A stretch of 64,000 bases of DNA from Ophelia neglecta (Eukaryota): the NCBI GenBank assembly GCA_965285935.1, contig OZ260667.1, positions 8,308,001 to 8,372,000 on the forward strand. Reading direction: 5' to 3'. Position numbers and translations under genes: made by a program. The notes beneath the pieces are model-generated. The model saw nothing but the letters and a program-made list of their open reading frames with translations. It ran no database searches and was not told the origin of the DNA. Shown in pieces: positions 1 to 13,900 of the stretch (the stretch's first letter is position 1; each line of letters opens with the position of its first letter).

Positions 1-127
1 TGGTTCTACTAAAAAAAAGTCAGCATACTCTAATAATATTTTTATCGTTTTGAGCTAATAAATGTTTATGAACACAGCGATCTTTCAGCTTCAAGTAATC
101 AGCATGTCTCCAGGCAATATATTTGAA

Positions 128-306
128 CAGTGGTCCCTGCTATGTAAGGCCCCTCCAATGAAGGGCCACTTGCGATGGCAGGCCACTTTTCGAATTTCCA
201 ACTCCTATATCTTTACCATGTTAAAGTACCTCCGATGAAGGGCCACCTGCAATGTAGGGCCACTTTTCCTTGGATATAGGGGTGGCCCTTCATCGCAGGG
301 ACCACT
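128..306. mobile_element. Short Tc1/pogo-like MITE
   Basis: TIR CAGTGGTCCCTGC / GCAGGGACCACTG followed by TA; internal GATGAAGGGCCAC-like repeats. Confidence 0.65.
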
Positions 307-385
307 GTATAGCTATTGGAAGGGGAGTATAGGGTAAGGAATAAAAGTATGCGCAATGCATGAGAGCTGATTGTCTGTCACCTAC

Positions 386-1951
386 CACTGGGAGCTCCCA
401 TGGGTAGCAGGTTCCAGGGGGACATGAACCCTGGTCGGGGGAAATGACAGAAGGTCCACGCCTGAACTCTGACCTTGACCCAATCAGTCAGAGGGTCATG
501 GAATGACCTTGTCCAGGCAGAGTCTAAAAATAATAAAAAAATATAATGTGTCAATAAGTAAATTATAATTGGCTAGTTTCTCTCTGATGAATTTGGACTG
601 ATTTAATAGATTTATTTTAATTAGCTTATTAGTAGGGTATATTATGTTGATTACCAGGTGGTCTGTCCTATGTTACGGTTCTATTCTCACTCTCCCCCCC
701 CCCCCCCCATTCTTCCTTGAGTTTATAAAAACTACCCATGCATCATAAGCTAAACGACAGCCAAGTCATCTAGCTCTTAATATTTACAATTTGCTAAATT
801 GCATTAGTGAAATATTTACAACTAATGTCTGAATATGAATATGAATAATTAAATTCCGAAAGAGGGTAATGTGAGATTCATTTGTCTAAACTGATAACTC
901 CAGTGTTAGGTAAAAAGGCTAAAAGCATTTGGACTTTGATGGAAATGAAACTTGACTAACTACATAGCCATTTCCTGTTATTAAACCTACCCACTTACCG
1001 AGGTTCATGAAGCCTGAACCGCAGACAGTAGTATTGATGTATGTATGTACATGTGACTGATTGTACATGTAGTACACCTCACATGGTGAATGATCTAGAT
1101 TCTGTCCTAGAGGCAAGGCCTGGAACATCATATCTCGGTTGATCCCTTCTCCTGAAATACCACCACTCATTTTATAATCTCCTCACGGGATACATATTAG
1201 TGTAATCATGGTAAAAAGTGTCTAGGTTTGCACTTTTCAAAAAATGACACTTCACATGTTTTTAAATTCTGTGTGGAGATATGTTGGCCCTATGTTTAAT
1301 TGCAAATGTGTGATTAGAGTTTAAATTTTGTGACTGATTTCTGATTTTCACGATTACAAGGCCATAAAATATAAAAAAAATGAACTTAGGTTAGTTCTGC
1401 ACATGCCCATAGCTTCTGCCTCAAATGTATTTATTGTACACATGTTATGTTTGAGCAAAATGCCTTACTTTTAAAATCATTGAGGTCTAATTTGGATAAA
1501 TTGACAAAATAACAAAATGATCTTGAAGAATTTACTTAATTTTTCATTGGATATTTTATTGATTCCATAATTTAAACTTGATATTACCGGGGTAGGTTAT
1601 CTTTATGATTATTTTAAAGAGGCAAAATAATATCACCTTAATCAGAGAGTTCTGTGTGTGTGACTTAATGGGACCTTTCCCCCCTCCCTCTTAGATTTGA
1701 AATTTTTGTTTTTTTTTGCCAAATACAAGAGTGCTGATCTGAGAACCATATATGTAAAAAAGACACAGGCCCAATTTTTCCTGTCCCTGGCCTAATTTGG
1801 TTAACAGGTAGATGCTCACCTGGCTTGACAAGAACTCTAACAAACACTGGGACATCCGGTAGTCCGTGTGCGAGGGACAGGAAGGGGGCAGAGAAGTTGA
1901 AGTACAGCGGGGTCCAATGGCTATCATACTCTGGCTCCTCAATCGATGGAG
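386..1951 (-). CDS. Gene 1 downstream exons including an FN3-like segment (1951-1820, 1151-999, 523-386)
   Basis: Three phase 1-1 exons; the last reads WVKVRVQAWTFCH...GFMSPW...GAPS, like the FN3 C-terminal motif VRV.A....G.S.W....AP. Confidence 0.55.
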
Positions 1952-4900
1952 CTGCAATGTGAGAGATTCAGATTGTGTACAGGGTTTGTCTCAAAAGAAG
2001 TGGGCCACCAGCCCCTGGCATTCTAGGTCATTCTACCGGCTAAAATGAATATTAACTTACTGAAAAATGACACCGATCACTTAATATAAATTTATTTCTG
2101 CATTTATTTTATCCAGCAGTCATAAATATTATGTTATTTTTCCCATTACACACTTATAGAATTTACATCACTTTAATTAGCTGGCCCACTGGGACATCAG
2201 AGAGAACAATTGGACTGTTTACCCAAAAAACACACTGGCTGAATGAAATATTCAGCAGCTTGGGGCAGCCTGGTACTGCTTAAATCAAGTCCTGTTGTAT
2301 CTTAGTGATAGGCGAATATCTTGTATGTAAAACAAAACAAAATGATAATGATAGATAAAAATAACACCTTATGTGATTTGACTCATATGTCCAGCAATGT
2401 ACATAATGCTTTATTTGAATAATTGACAGCTACTAAAATGTATGTACATGTAGGTAAATGTATTTATTTATATTAAATAATGGACTTATACTTGCACTTG
2501 CCATTATGAAGGAAGGTATCCACCTCACATATCTCTATAGGCAGGTTATTTGGTAGTCTTAGAGATACGTATCTCCCATACTGGACCACATCACACACCA
2601 CCAGCCTACCCTCCCTGGCCATGAAGGCAGAGGAGATCCTGGTACAATATCCCCCATCAACATTATACTTAGGTTTGGAAATTTTGTCTGAGGACATGTA
2701 ACTGCTTTCTGTGATATAAATCGATGTCTGATTCAAGTTCCCTGCAATATAATAGACATGCATGCTTTACACAAACCAATCATTTCAAAATGATACACAC
2801 ATATATGTTCCAGAAGGTTCTTAACTTTATGACTACATACAACCAAAAAATAAGTTTCTGGTTGATATGCTGGAATGAATGTTTTTTAAATCATGAACCA
2901 AAAAAATTCTATGCTTAATTAGCATCACTAGATTGTTTGTCATTTTGTCATTTAATTATACACTAGTGCAAATCATCTGAAAAAATGTTTCTTCTCAGCA
3001 TTGTTTGATGTTAATGCCTGGTTTACAAATTATTTTACACTCTATTAAAAACTATTTAATAAAAACATAAATTTAGCCAATGCAGTAAAGGGCCACTATT
3101 CTGTGAAGATCTTTTTAATGCGGCTTTCCATCTCTACCTGGGTATAAGTCCCCGCTGGTGATCCTAATCTGGGAGACCAAGACATCCTGGCCCATATCAA
3201 TGGTCACGACAGGGTCTGTCTGTGGGTCCATTAAGACACAGGTCACGGGGTCACCATCTGTCAACTTGTAATCTGTCACTACTACCTCTTCTTTCATATA
3301 TGCCATCTTGTTCTTTGACCATTCAGCTATAATTATATGACAATGCTAGGGTTTAGTATTCAAATGTGTTGAAATTCATATCAAACTTGAAGTACTTAAA
3401 AATTATGCCATACATTATATTATACATATGGACTGATCTCACATAAAGCAACAAAGATTGTTATTGGAAATATCTCCCTTTTTCCACTGATATTAACTTC
3501 AGAAAATCCAAATTTTTCTTGATAAACGCCAACTTTTTTATCTTAATTACCATCCCTTTCTAGATCAAACCCTGACATTAATATATATAAGTATGTAGAT
3601 CAGTGTAGCCAGTAGGCATGTCTTACTCAGATGTCTTACTGTCCATACCGGCCACCCTGCTGGTTAAAATTGTCAATAAATATAAACAGTAACTCTGATA
3701 CCAGCTCACCCAAAAAAACATAACTGAACTTACTTAAAATCATTTGAGCCACAAAATATTTATATTTATGTATGGAATTCTGGGATTAATGTGCAAAAAA
3801 GAACGTTTTATCATACAGTCTCATACATTTTCTGGATTTTACATCAATTTTTACACATATTCAATGCTTAATTATGCCAAGGCTATTATGATTTTTGCCT
3901 AAAAGATATATCCCTTTAAAGCAAAAAAGAAGACCCACAAGTTTGCATTGATAAGCCAGTGAAAGTTAAGTACATTTTCTCAATTATTGTTTGTTATTAA
4001 ACCTGAATGAACTTACTTTTGTTAGAGTAGGGCTCACACTGTGTTTGATTCTCAGCTACGAAAACTGTAACTATGTCACTACTCGATGCAGCACATGCAC
4101 TTGCAATCTGTTCATCATATGACAGGGAAACATTTCTATCTGTGTCAGTAGTATCTCTATTACTGCTTGTTGATTGGTCAGTAGTATCACCATTGGTGCT
4201 CATTGGGTGATTGGTAGTTTCTTCATTAGTACTCTTTGGTTGATAAGTAGTATCTCCGTAAGTGCTCATTGGATGATCAGTAGTACCCCCAGTACTGCTT
4301 GTTGGTTGGTCACTTGTATATCTATTGGTAGTCATTGGTTGGTTAGTAGTATCAGCATTTGTGCTCATTGGTTGATTAGTAGTTTCAATATTTGTTCTTG
4401 TTCGTTGATAAGTAGTATATCCATTGATGCCCGTTGGTTGGTCAGTAGTACCACCATTAGTGCTTTCTGGTTGATTAGTATTTCCACCATAAGTATGCAT
4501 TGATAGATAAGTAGGTACCTTCATTGGATCTGATGTTGGAGGATTGTTTTCATAATACTCAGTGCAATTGATATCTTTTGGTATGAGAACTTCTGATTCG
4601 TTACAATTGTAAGGGCTCCAGCTGAGGTCTGCAATTAAATTAAAATCTGTGAACTTTACAAAAAGGGCCAGTATCATTTCTTTTCATCCATTCACCAGAT
4701 ATTTCAGAAAATAAAAGAAAACCTTACATACACAAATATATGTCCCAGGTAAGAAAAAGACATGATGACCCAATCAACAGAAAAAAAAATCTCCCCTATT
4801 ATTCTTAAAATTGTATAATTAGTCAGTCATCATTCTTTCATTGAATAAAACCTTAAAAAATAAATAAACCTATTATCAATATTATTACTATTACTATCAG

Positions 4901-7900
4901 TTTGTTGAATTTATTTTAGTTACATATCCAGACAATCCTGTTCTTTGTCACTTAACAATCTCACAACGAGCATATTAAAGATAAATTAAAAATGAGTAAA
5001 CAGTTAATGATAAAGTAAAATATAGTATGTAATCAAATAATAACGGTACTAATAATGTAAAAAAAAAAGATATCATGCATGTTATCAAATTATACTGAGT
5101 ATCAGACTGGATTGAAGGTTACACCATAATATAGGGCCTATTTCATCACCAAAATAAGAAATATAACTCTAACCTGAGGGGCCGTAGATTTGTATTTCAC
5201 AAGGATCCAGCCTCTTCCCGTAATTCATGCGTACTATGTAGATGAAGCGGCCATAAGCAACTGTTGTGCAGTTCTCTAGATTGTTCTGGTCCATCTGGTA
5301 CTTCCTGTTCTTATAATAGCACAAGGTTGATGGGTCGTTGTCAGGGAGATGACCCAGAAAATCATAGGTGTCATTTTTCACATACACTTTGATACTATAT
5401 GTTTCTGGAAGACAAACCAAATTAATAAGGCTATATGATCAACCACGCGGTAACCCGGGGCACAGACGGGGTGAAATCTGAATTAATTAATAATTTTTAA
5501 AGCCGGGTTTCCAGTGAAATGGCAATTATTAATTTTTGTGCATGATATGTTCTTTTTTGCTACCGGTTTTTCAATACATGTACATGTAGTGACTAGAAAC
5601 ACGCCGTTGGTGTTGTAGATTCTCTTGGTAGTTTAATGGTAAGCCTGTTTCACGCCAATATTGGTTTCTTCTAGGCATAAACACCCGCGATTTCTGATGG
5701 ATGTAATAAGAATTACGACTTCAGACTAATATGGCTGCACAGTAGTTTGCGGCATATCGTGATTATCACAACACACCCTGGGGCATGCTGTGATTAAATC
5801 ATGGCATGCCCCGCAAATCACGTCACCCCGGGTTACCGCGTGGTGGATCATATGACAATAAGTTGTCCCTGCCAGTGGTCAGAGAAAAATGGAATATTTG
5901 GCTAAACAGGCCTTTTCTTTCCATTTTGGCTCAGTTTTCAGCAAATGTTTCACCATTTCCCCCAAACAGTTTAAATCCCATCGCAGTTGAATTGATATTT
6001 TTTGTGTGCTTTTGAGATTCACATGCGGCGAACAGATTTTAAGCCTTTTCTTTAGAAAAGATGACACTAGCTTTTTTTACCAACTGACTTTCTTAGGGTG
6101 CCCTTGTACAGCCATGTTCCAGCTTGCTTCATTTAGAAGAGCTACAACTTGTCTACTGATATTACACTGTTATATTGGCTACTACTCAGGGAAGAGGCTT
6201 AAGGAAGCTGAGTACACCCATAGATAATAAAAACTGTAAATATTGATGATTTAACTACAGCAGTATATAACATATACAATTTCAGTGAATTTCACCTTGT
6301 AAATTTAATATTCTAAAGGATTTTGAAAAAAAATTGAACATATGTACGTTTAAGTCATTTTGTGTAAAAATGATGCTTAATTTTCCATAATTGCAGCAGA
6401 AAATTGAAATTTGTCTTTTTTTAAACAATCACATACTAAAGGAGTGGATATAGCCTACCATATCCATGCTTGGTAGCTATAGCGACCTCGGTGACCCAGC
6501 GAGGCTCCTCCAGATCTATGTACACCATGCCGTGGTCTATATGAGCCGTGTCCAGGCACTCACTTGAGTCATCGGAGTCGGTCAGCCGAGTACCCAGCGC
6601 CACCAGGCTGTAGGCCTCATCCAAGGAGTGATAGGCTGGGCGACCGCCAGCCAAGTTGGCTAAAATTATAAATGAGCTTCATGAGTTACTGTCATTCTTC
6701 TAATATTTCAGATATATACCTAAAATTATTTTGAAAGTCCATCAATATGCATAATTACAGGCAAAATCAAACTTAGCACTAATTGGATTTCTGGTACTAG
6801 TTTTCCTACAAGTCTCCATTATAGGTATAGGTTACCTTAGTTGAAGGTGTACTAATAAATAGAGGTTAAACAATGAAAATTAAAGGAAACTAGAATAAAT
6901 GAATTAATAGAGTGAATTAACAATAAGAGGACTTTGGGTAATTTCATTTGTCCATTCGACTTAAGGCACTCTATACATTCATTTACAAAACATAATATTG
7001 CATGGTGTTCCCTAAAAGGGGGTAAACAGTTCTAACAGCCCTGTCACACTGTTGGATATGAGGGAAAGTAAAAGAACCATATGAAATACATAATATAAAT
7101 TTAATTGGCATGGAATACCTTTGAAAAAGCTTTAAATTTGTTGTATTAAATAAGAATAAGGCACTGTTTGCAATTTCATCCACTTTAATCATACTATAAA
7201 GTGACAAATATTTGCTACTATTGATAATTGTATTTTCTAAAACTGCCCATTTCATTAAGATTTCAGTTTGAACAATAGAATGTGTTAATTTTTTTTATAC
7301 TGTATACAGTTTTCTAATTGCAAGATTCGTCATTTTAATGGCCACAAATAATTTTGATAAATTTAGATTTAAATTTACAGTAAATTCCATATTATGTTAC
7401 CTACCTGTGCAGCTGACTAGGTCTAGTCTCATACAAGTACCAGCACTGAGGGATTTGGGTTTGATCCTAATGTACTGGGCCTCGACTGCTTCCCTGAATA
7501 GCAAAAGTGTCGTCTCGCCAGGCAGACTGCCAGCATTGTGGGCCGTGAATGACTGAGAAGAAAAGAATTTAATAAAGATGGGAGAAACTCAAACTGCCTC
7601 CTTGGGAAGTTCTACCCATGGGGGGGGGGATGTGGGGTTATGTGTGGGGGTAGCCCATACCTTGGTTTAGGAGTTTTAGGCATGGATGCCTGGGTTAGGC
7701 TTTAATATAGGGCAAAACATGGAAATATTACCCTACTTATAATAGAAGGCAAAACTTGGAAAAAAGTTGCCCTAGATAGGGGCAAATTTTCATAGATTGC
7801 TGAGTAAGAGGGAATTCAAAAAAGTGACAAACCGAGGGAACCTCATCTTCAAATCCTGTCTTTCTTAAGAAGGTTTGGATTAAAAAACTTGCCCAAGTTA

Positions 7901-10900
7901 AGGTGCCTTGAGCATCAAAATCAACCCTTGGAGCAGAGCATACCAGTCTGACAAGTACATTGAGTAACCCCCTCCCCCCACCCCTCCTTTAATTCAATGG
8001 AATATTCCATAGGTTTGTACCTCAGAGACCCCATTGGTTATTTGTTTCCACACCCTGTCCCAGGATTCCTTGTAAGATACGGTGAGACTCTCCACGTAGC
8101 TCCAGTTCCCGCTAGGCTGAATCTTAACACCAGACACTATCTGGGCACTCGGCAATGTCACCTGCAACCAAAGGAATATAAATTAGAATACTAAATAATG
8201 CCTATTAATTTATATACCTCTCCAGAGAATATTCTTCCAGAACTGCAAGATACATCAGTCGTTTCATCAGTGAAGGGGCTAATTGAACCAATCAGGTTGA
8301 AAATGATGTAATTTGAGCAGCCATTTGTTTCACTTTTTGCAAAGTTTCACTCCATCAATACAGATTTTGAAGAATTTTCTAAGAATCATGTTAGCAGGGC
8401 CATTAGAGCCTTCATTGCTAATTTATAAGTATAAACTTAGTTGATTGATACAAAAGCTCATTCAGAAGGTTATATAGCTGGTTTTCAGGGTCCATGATAT
8501 AATATAATAATATGATAATGATAATGTTAATTATTATTTATAATCCGTAGTTAGGGAGCTTTTGACTTTTAAAACTTGTTGTGGATGAAATGAAATGGGG
8601 CTTATTACTAAGGGTTTTTTATGGTCAATTATTTGGCTTGCTATACACACCATAAACCAAGGGTTAGGATCACTGTCCAGAGCACACCAGCCCCCTCTAG
8701 TGTCTCCAGGGTAGTAGGGCGAGTCCAGCACACCCTGCTCTATACCTCCTTCTGCATCCACTAGGGTGCTGGAGGCATTGAATATCTGGGTCGGGTCAAG
8801 GTCAGATAGGAGGGATGAACAAGGAGAGTCCACATCAATGCCCTCCAGGGCTTAAACAAAATACCTCTAATTTTATCAGCTAAATTTGAAGAAAAGTCCT
8901 TTATATATCAAATAAATAACTGCTATGGGTTTTTACTGTATATAAATAAATTCATGTCTACACATTTTATATATTCATATATGTATTTAAAAAATATAAA
9001 TAATAATTTTTAACTATAACCTTGAAATGATAACAGGCTAGAACGCATTTATTATGCATGTTTATGACAATTGCTTCTAAATAAATAATTTTTATAGATT
9101 TGGTTTTATATGGATAAATAAAAATTAACACATAAAACTGTATCAATCTCAAATGTGTCAAACACAAATGCAAAATTAAACAATGATTCTGGCAGCAATC
9201 AGGAACAATGGCCACAATATACTACTGGCCATCAGGTGTCAGCACCAAATTATTGCCCAGAACATGTGATTATGAAGATTGACGTCCGAGTAGTCCAATT
9301 TGAAGTGAAATTTCACCATTTTTAAGTTGAGTAAGATCAAGAAATTAATTAAGATGTATATATTGCTGTCTGCACTCGGGTGGTCAGTTCTAACAATTAA
9401 ATATGCCAGCGTTGAGACTACTAACTAGTAGTAGGATGAGAAGTAAAGGGCCACAGAAGATCACACTAATTCTGAATCACTATAAAAGTATGAGTTGCTC
9501 TCTACTGTCTGAACTTTTTTTGTTCTTTCTTCAGTGGTTATTTTGAATACTAACACATTCCTAATTTATATATCTAATATATCTGGCTATATAAATTGAT
9601 AATCAAGCATTGAAGTATCATAGTTTAGTGCAGAAGCTCTACTGCATTTTCTGCCGCTAAAGTAGTTACAATTAAACCAGCTGGGAACCACTATCTAGAG
9701 AATAAAAGTGAAAATAAAAATAATCTCGTAATAAATCACCTAGCCCAAATTTATCATCTGCTTTGCCCTGTGTCTGGAAGCAGTTACAACTCATAACTTG
9801 GATTAAAATCAAGGTTAAAGTGCTTAATTGTTCTTTATATGCAAATCAGGGTTTGTGGAAACTGTATCTGGTCTTAAACCTAGACATTTTTGTCTTAAAC
9901 CTAATCCTGGTCAATGAAAACACTGATTAACACAGTCTCAGCTAATCAGCAATGTTAATTATACTACTTCTAAAAGCAGACCCTGGTTTATGTTAATGTA
10001 CCTGATAGGGTATAATGTATTATACATGTAAGTGCAATGAATAATATATTATTCTAAGCTTATAGCAGGCTAAATTACCTGATAAACATAGCAAAACTTA
10101 AGGAGGTTGGTTATTTTTTCATCTTGCTTCAATTTTTAAATTCTAGATGAATTTTGCCACATACATAAAATATAAAAAATACATATATACCACCAGAGTA
10201 TGGACTCCATATTGGATTTCCTGATTCAGAGTACAGAATCAGCTGTCCTTCATCTGAGAACCGGATTTCACCAATGCCCTTCACTTCTGGGTCCCAAATA
10301 TCTTCGTTTACTATAAACTTTAAATGTCCTTCCTGGGTAAGATTGACAGACGTCACATTTGCAGGGCCATATGATATCTGAATTTTAATAGAAGAGAGAA
10401 TAAAATGAAAATAGACATGCCAACAAATTTAATATCATCAGTTTTTCAATCTGGACAGATATAATGCATTTTAGCTGTTCACATATTTTAATTTCAACAG
10501 TTTTTAAAAAAGATTGCTGCCTGTTTTTATTTTATTTGGCTAATATCAGCCCTTTTGCTCAGTCGCTTAATTCATTTTTACCCATGGTGGTGGCGCCATA
10601 TGCAAGCATTAAGCAAGGCAAATTTTTGGGGGGTTCATATCAGAGAATATAGATCCTTTTTTAATATGGGCAGGTAGGCTAGAGGTGGCAAGGCATTTTG
10701 ATCTTAGTAAGACATTAGTCATTTTAAGAGGGCAAAGCACAGAGAGGAGGGACGGCAACCCCCAATGCATTTGAATTGGATTATCATAATATCTTTTTTG
10801 CTTATATTATATAATATATTTTTTGCAGACACTGAACTTATGGGCCACAGTGGTTTATTTTACTAACCTGTCTGAGTGCAGTTTACTAACCTGCTCGCCG

Positions 10901-13900
10901 ATACCATGGATAGTGAATCTCCCATCCTCTATTGCGGCGTAGTACTTCCCATCTGGGGAGCACAAAACCTGGTCACCTGACAAGTGAGATCCCATTGCCA
11001 GGAAGTGTATATCGCAAATATCTAGAAGGCAAATGAAAATAAACGGTATTGCCTCTAATAATCAACATCACACAGTAATTCACCCTCATTAATTAATACC
11101 TACATGTATAACAATGAGCCAACAAATATGCTAACCTATTATGGCAGAATCATTAAGTACTATACGAAAATATATTGATATACATACAAAAAGTGGAAGA
11201 TTTTATGTTTGGAAATTCAAGAATCAGGTCAAAACATGTAGAAGGATGGGTCAAGCTTTAAGAAAAGATGCTGGCAAGCCTTAGAGTTGTATTTTCATCT
11301 AAAGACATTTTGTTTGGCCAAATAAAATATTAAGATATTTAATGTGGTCAGGGATACATATTTCACTTGACCAGGAAGGAATGAATTAATCTATGCTTAA
11401 AAAGACACTTTTATTAATTAAATGTGTTCTTTCTGTCTAGCATGGACCACAACAGATTTCAGTGCTTATAGGGCTGTGGATATTTTCAAAGTGTAAGCTA
11501 ATCTTGGAAGCCTTTAATATAAAACTTTTGTCGGGATTTGGACCTCCAGCAGACCAGAATGGGCCCCCTGGCAGGCCCCGGGTAAATCTGTAATTGTATT
11601 CAATCAAAAGAGTTCAAACCAGTAACAGAATACCCATAAGCTGGTTACTTTGCCATGTTAGAAATTTAATACAACAAGAATGTTAACAATACAACTGGTT
11701 CTTATGAATACAGATTAGTGAAAAAGGGGGAGGGGTTGTGGATGTTCTTAAGAAAAAAAAAATGTCCAGATATATATAAAGAAAATAAAATGGTTCTTAG
11801 GACAGCTACATATTTCTTACCGGGAAAGCAGCCTTTCAGCTTAATATTGAGATGTAAACTAAGAGTAGTATTGGACAAGTATTCTCCGTATACTACTAGT
11901 GTTCTTGCATATATCGGAGGGTCCAGATGCAATGTATTCGATGTATAGGAGTTGGTATTCACAGCAAACACCTGTACAAAAGTCAAGTGGTGGATAAAGC
12001 AAATGAAGAGATGGGGTCTTGTTTAATATCCAGTTACAAATATGCAGAAATATCAAATTCAATAGTTGGAGGTCACCTAAAAGTCAAGTAGTCTTTTATT
12101 TTAAAGTTGAACTTTGACCTTTTAGTAAACAAATATGTTTTTGAAACAAAGAAATTGTGATAACTATAGGTCTGCAATTGAGCCTGACATTACTTTTATA
12201 AATATTTGTTAATATAATAAGATTAAAATTTGTTTGTATGTTATGGATTAGATCAACGGGGTCAATCTCAGTATAAAATGATCGGTTATTATCAAACGAA
12301 CAAAGTGCCATTTTCTCTCTTATAAGTTCCCATGCCATAATAAAGGCCAACCCCCTGTTTTTCTGGCTTTCTTTCCACATGGGATGGTATAACAAAAAGT
12401 AAAAGTGTTAACTAGTTTAATTTTTTCTTGAGTATTTTATTAGAGATAAAAGTAATCATATGATTTAAAAGGGTCGACTCACATCTTCTCCATTGTTGTT
12501 AGTGTAATTGACACTAGGTGGAGCTCCGGAGCCAGTGTAAGCCGGTGTGAAGGCTAGACGAACAGCTGGGAAGTAGCCTTCCAAACCTGAATAGTTACTG
12601 CCTTGTACTGTAAGTGTGGTGAGAATGAGGTTTTGCTCGAAGAGGATTTCCAAGTAAGGGGTCGTATCACTGCCCTCTGGGGACCATGTGGTGTATCCCT
12701 CCATATTCCCTTGCACTAGAGTGCGGAAGGGTGTAAAGTAGGCCCGAGCAGAGGAGTATTTAAAAGGTTTCGGTCTGTAGAGAATCCTTGGGCTCAGGCT
12801 TAGCCCACTCTCATTACAAACTAAAAAATATTAGTGTTTTAATGTTATGTAATTTTTCATGCATTGAAACAGAGTATTTGAAATTGTGAAATGTTTAAGA
12901 CATATAGACACAATCCATGAATATTTCCAAATATTCCTTTTATGATGGATTTGTCCACTGTATGGTGCCACTAGTTTAAGCATTAAAGCTGACCCATGAA
13001 TTAGGAAGTGCACAATGCAGTGTGCCAAATCATTTCTGATCGTAAATTTAGAATCTTTTGCTACCCCAATTATTTCCGAAAGTCTGAAATAGGGCTGTCT
13101 AATATCAGTAAATACATGTATAGTATGTTTGCTTTATTATGATGAGCATACAAAAATAAGTTTTCTGATTAAAAAAAAAATTATTCTGCACAATGGTTAA
13201 GGTTATTATTTTTAAGAAAATAGGAAGACCCTGAAATAAACTGTGTTTCATGAACATATTTTGTTATGTATTTTCGTTTGTAGAATTCTTCATTAATTGC
13301 GAAGATTAGAACCTGGTTTCTGAATTTACGTAACAGTTATTCATATTATGGACATGAAAGCTTAATTCAGACATTACGGTTATAGGGGATGGGGTCTTAT
13401 TATTTCAGAGTGTGTTATTATAGGCTATGGGCGCGGACGACAGCGAATAAGGTGTAATGGCATGGGGTCTTACTACAGGAAATATGGTAATAAGGCAATG
13501 GCACATATCAGAGATATAGTGGTATTTGAGCCTGGGCAGACATAGAGTACAGATTTATAGGAGCCTGTTTTTCCAATACAGAGAATGCTGCATTATTTAC
13601 TAGGGAGAGAATATGGTAATTAGGGCACAGGCTTTTACTATGAAGTACACTATTAGGTGACTGGTAATTACCAGAGAATATACAGCATTAGAGCATGGGC
13701 ACATATTACACAGTATTGTTTTTAATGATTGGTAATTACTAGAGATAATATGGTATTAGGGCAAGAGCACCTACTACAGATAATACTGTATAAACCCATT
13801 GACACTTGTTACTATGCACTTTACATGTGGAGGGTTGTGTCGTCATTTCACATAGTGTACATATATTACGGGTTAAAGCAAGTTGATATACTACTTACGG

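Noticed and set aside
1952-2039. Apparent premature stop or frameshift in gene 1 if the acceptor at 2040 is used
   Set aside because: All frames from that AG close quickly; the better acceptor tctctcacattgcag at 1952 gives a clean 132-nt phase 1-1 exon.
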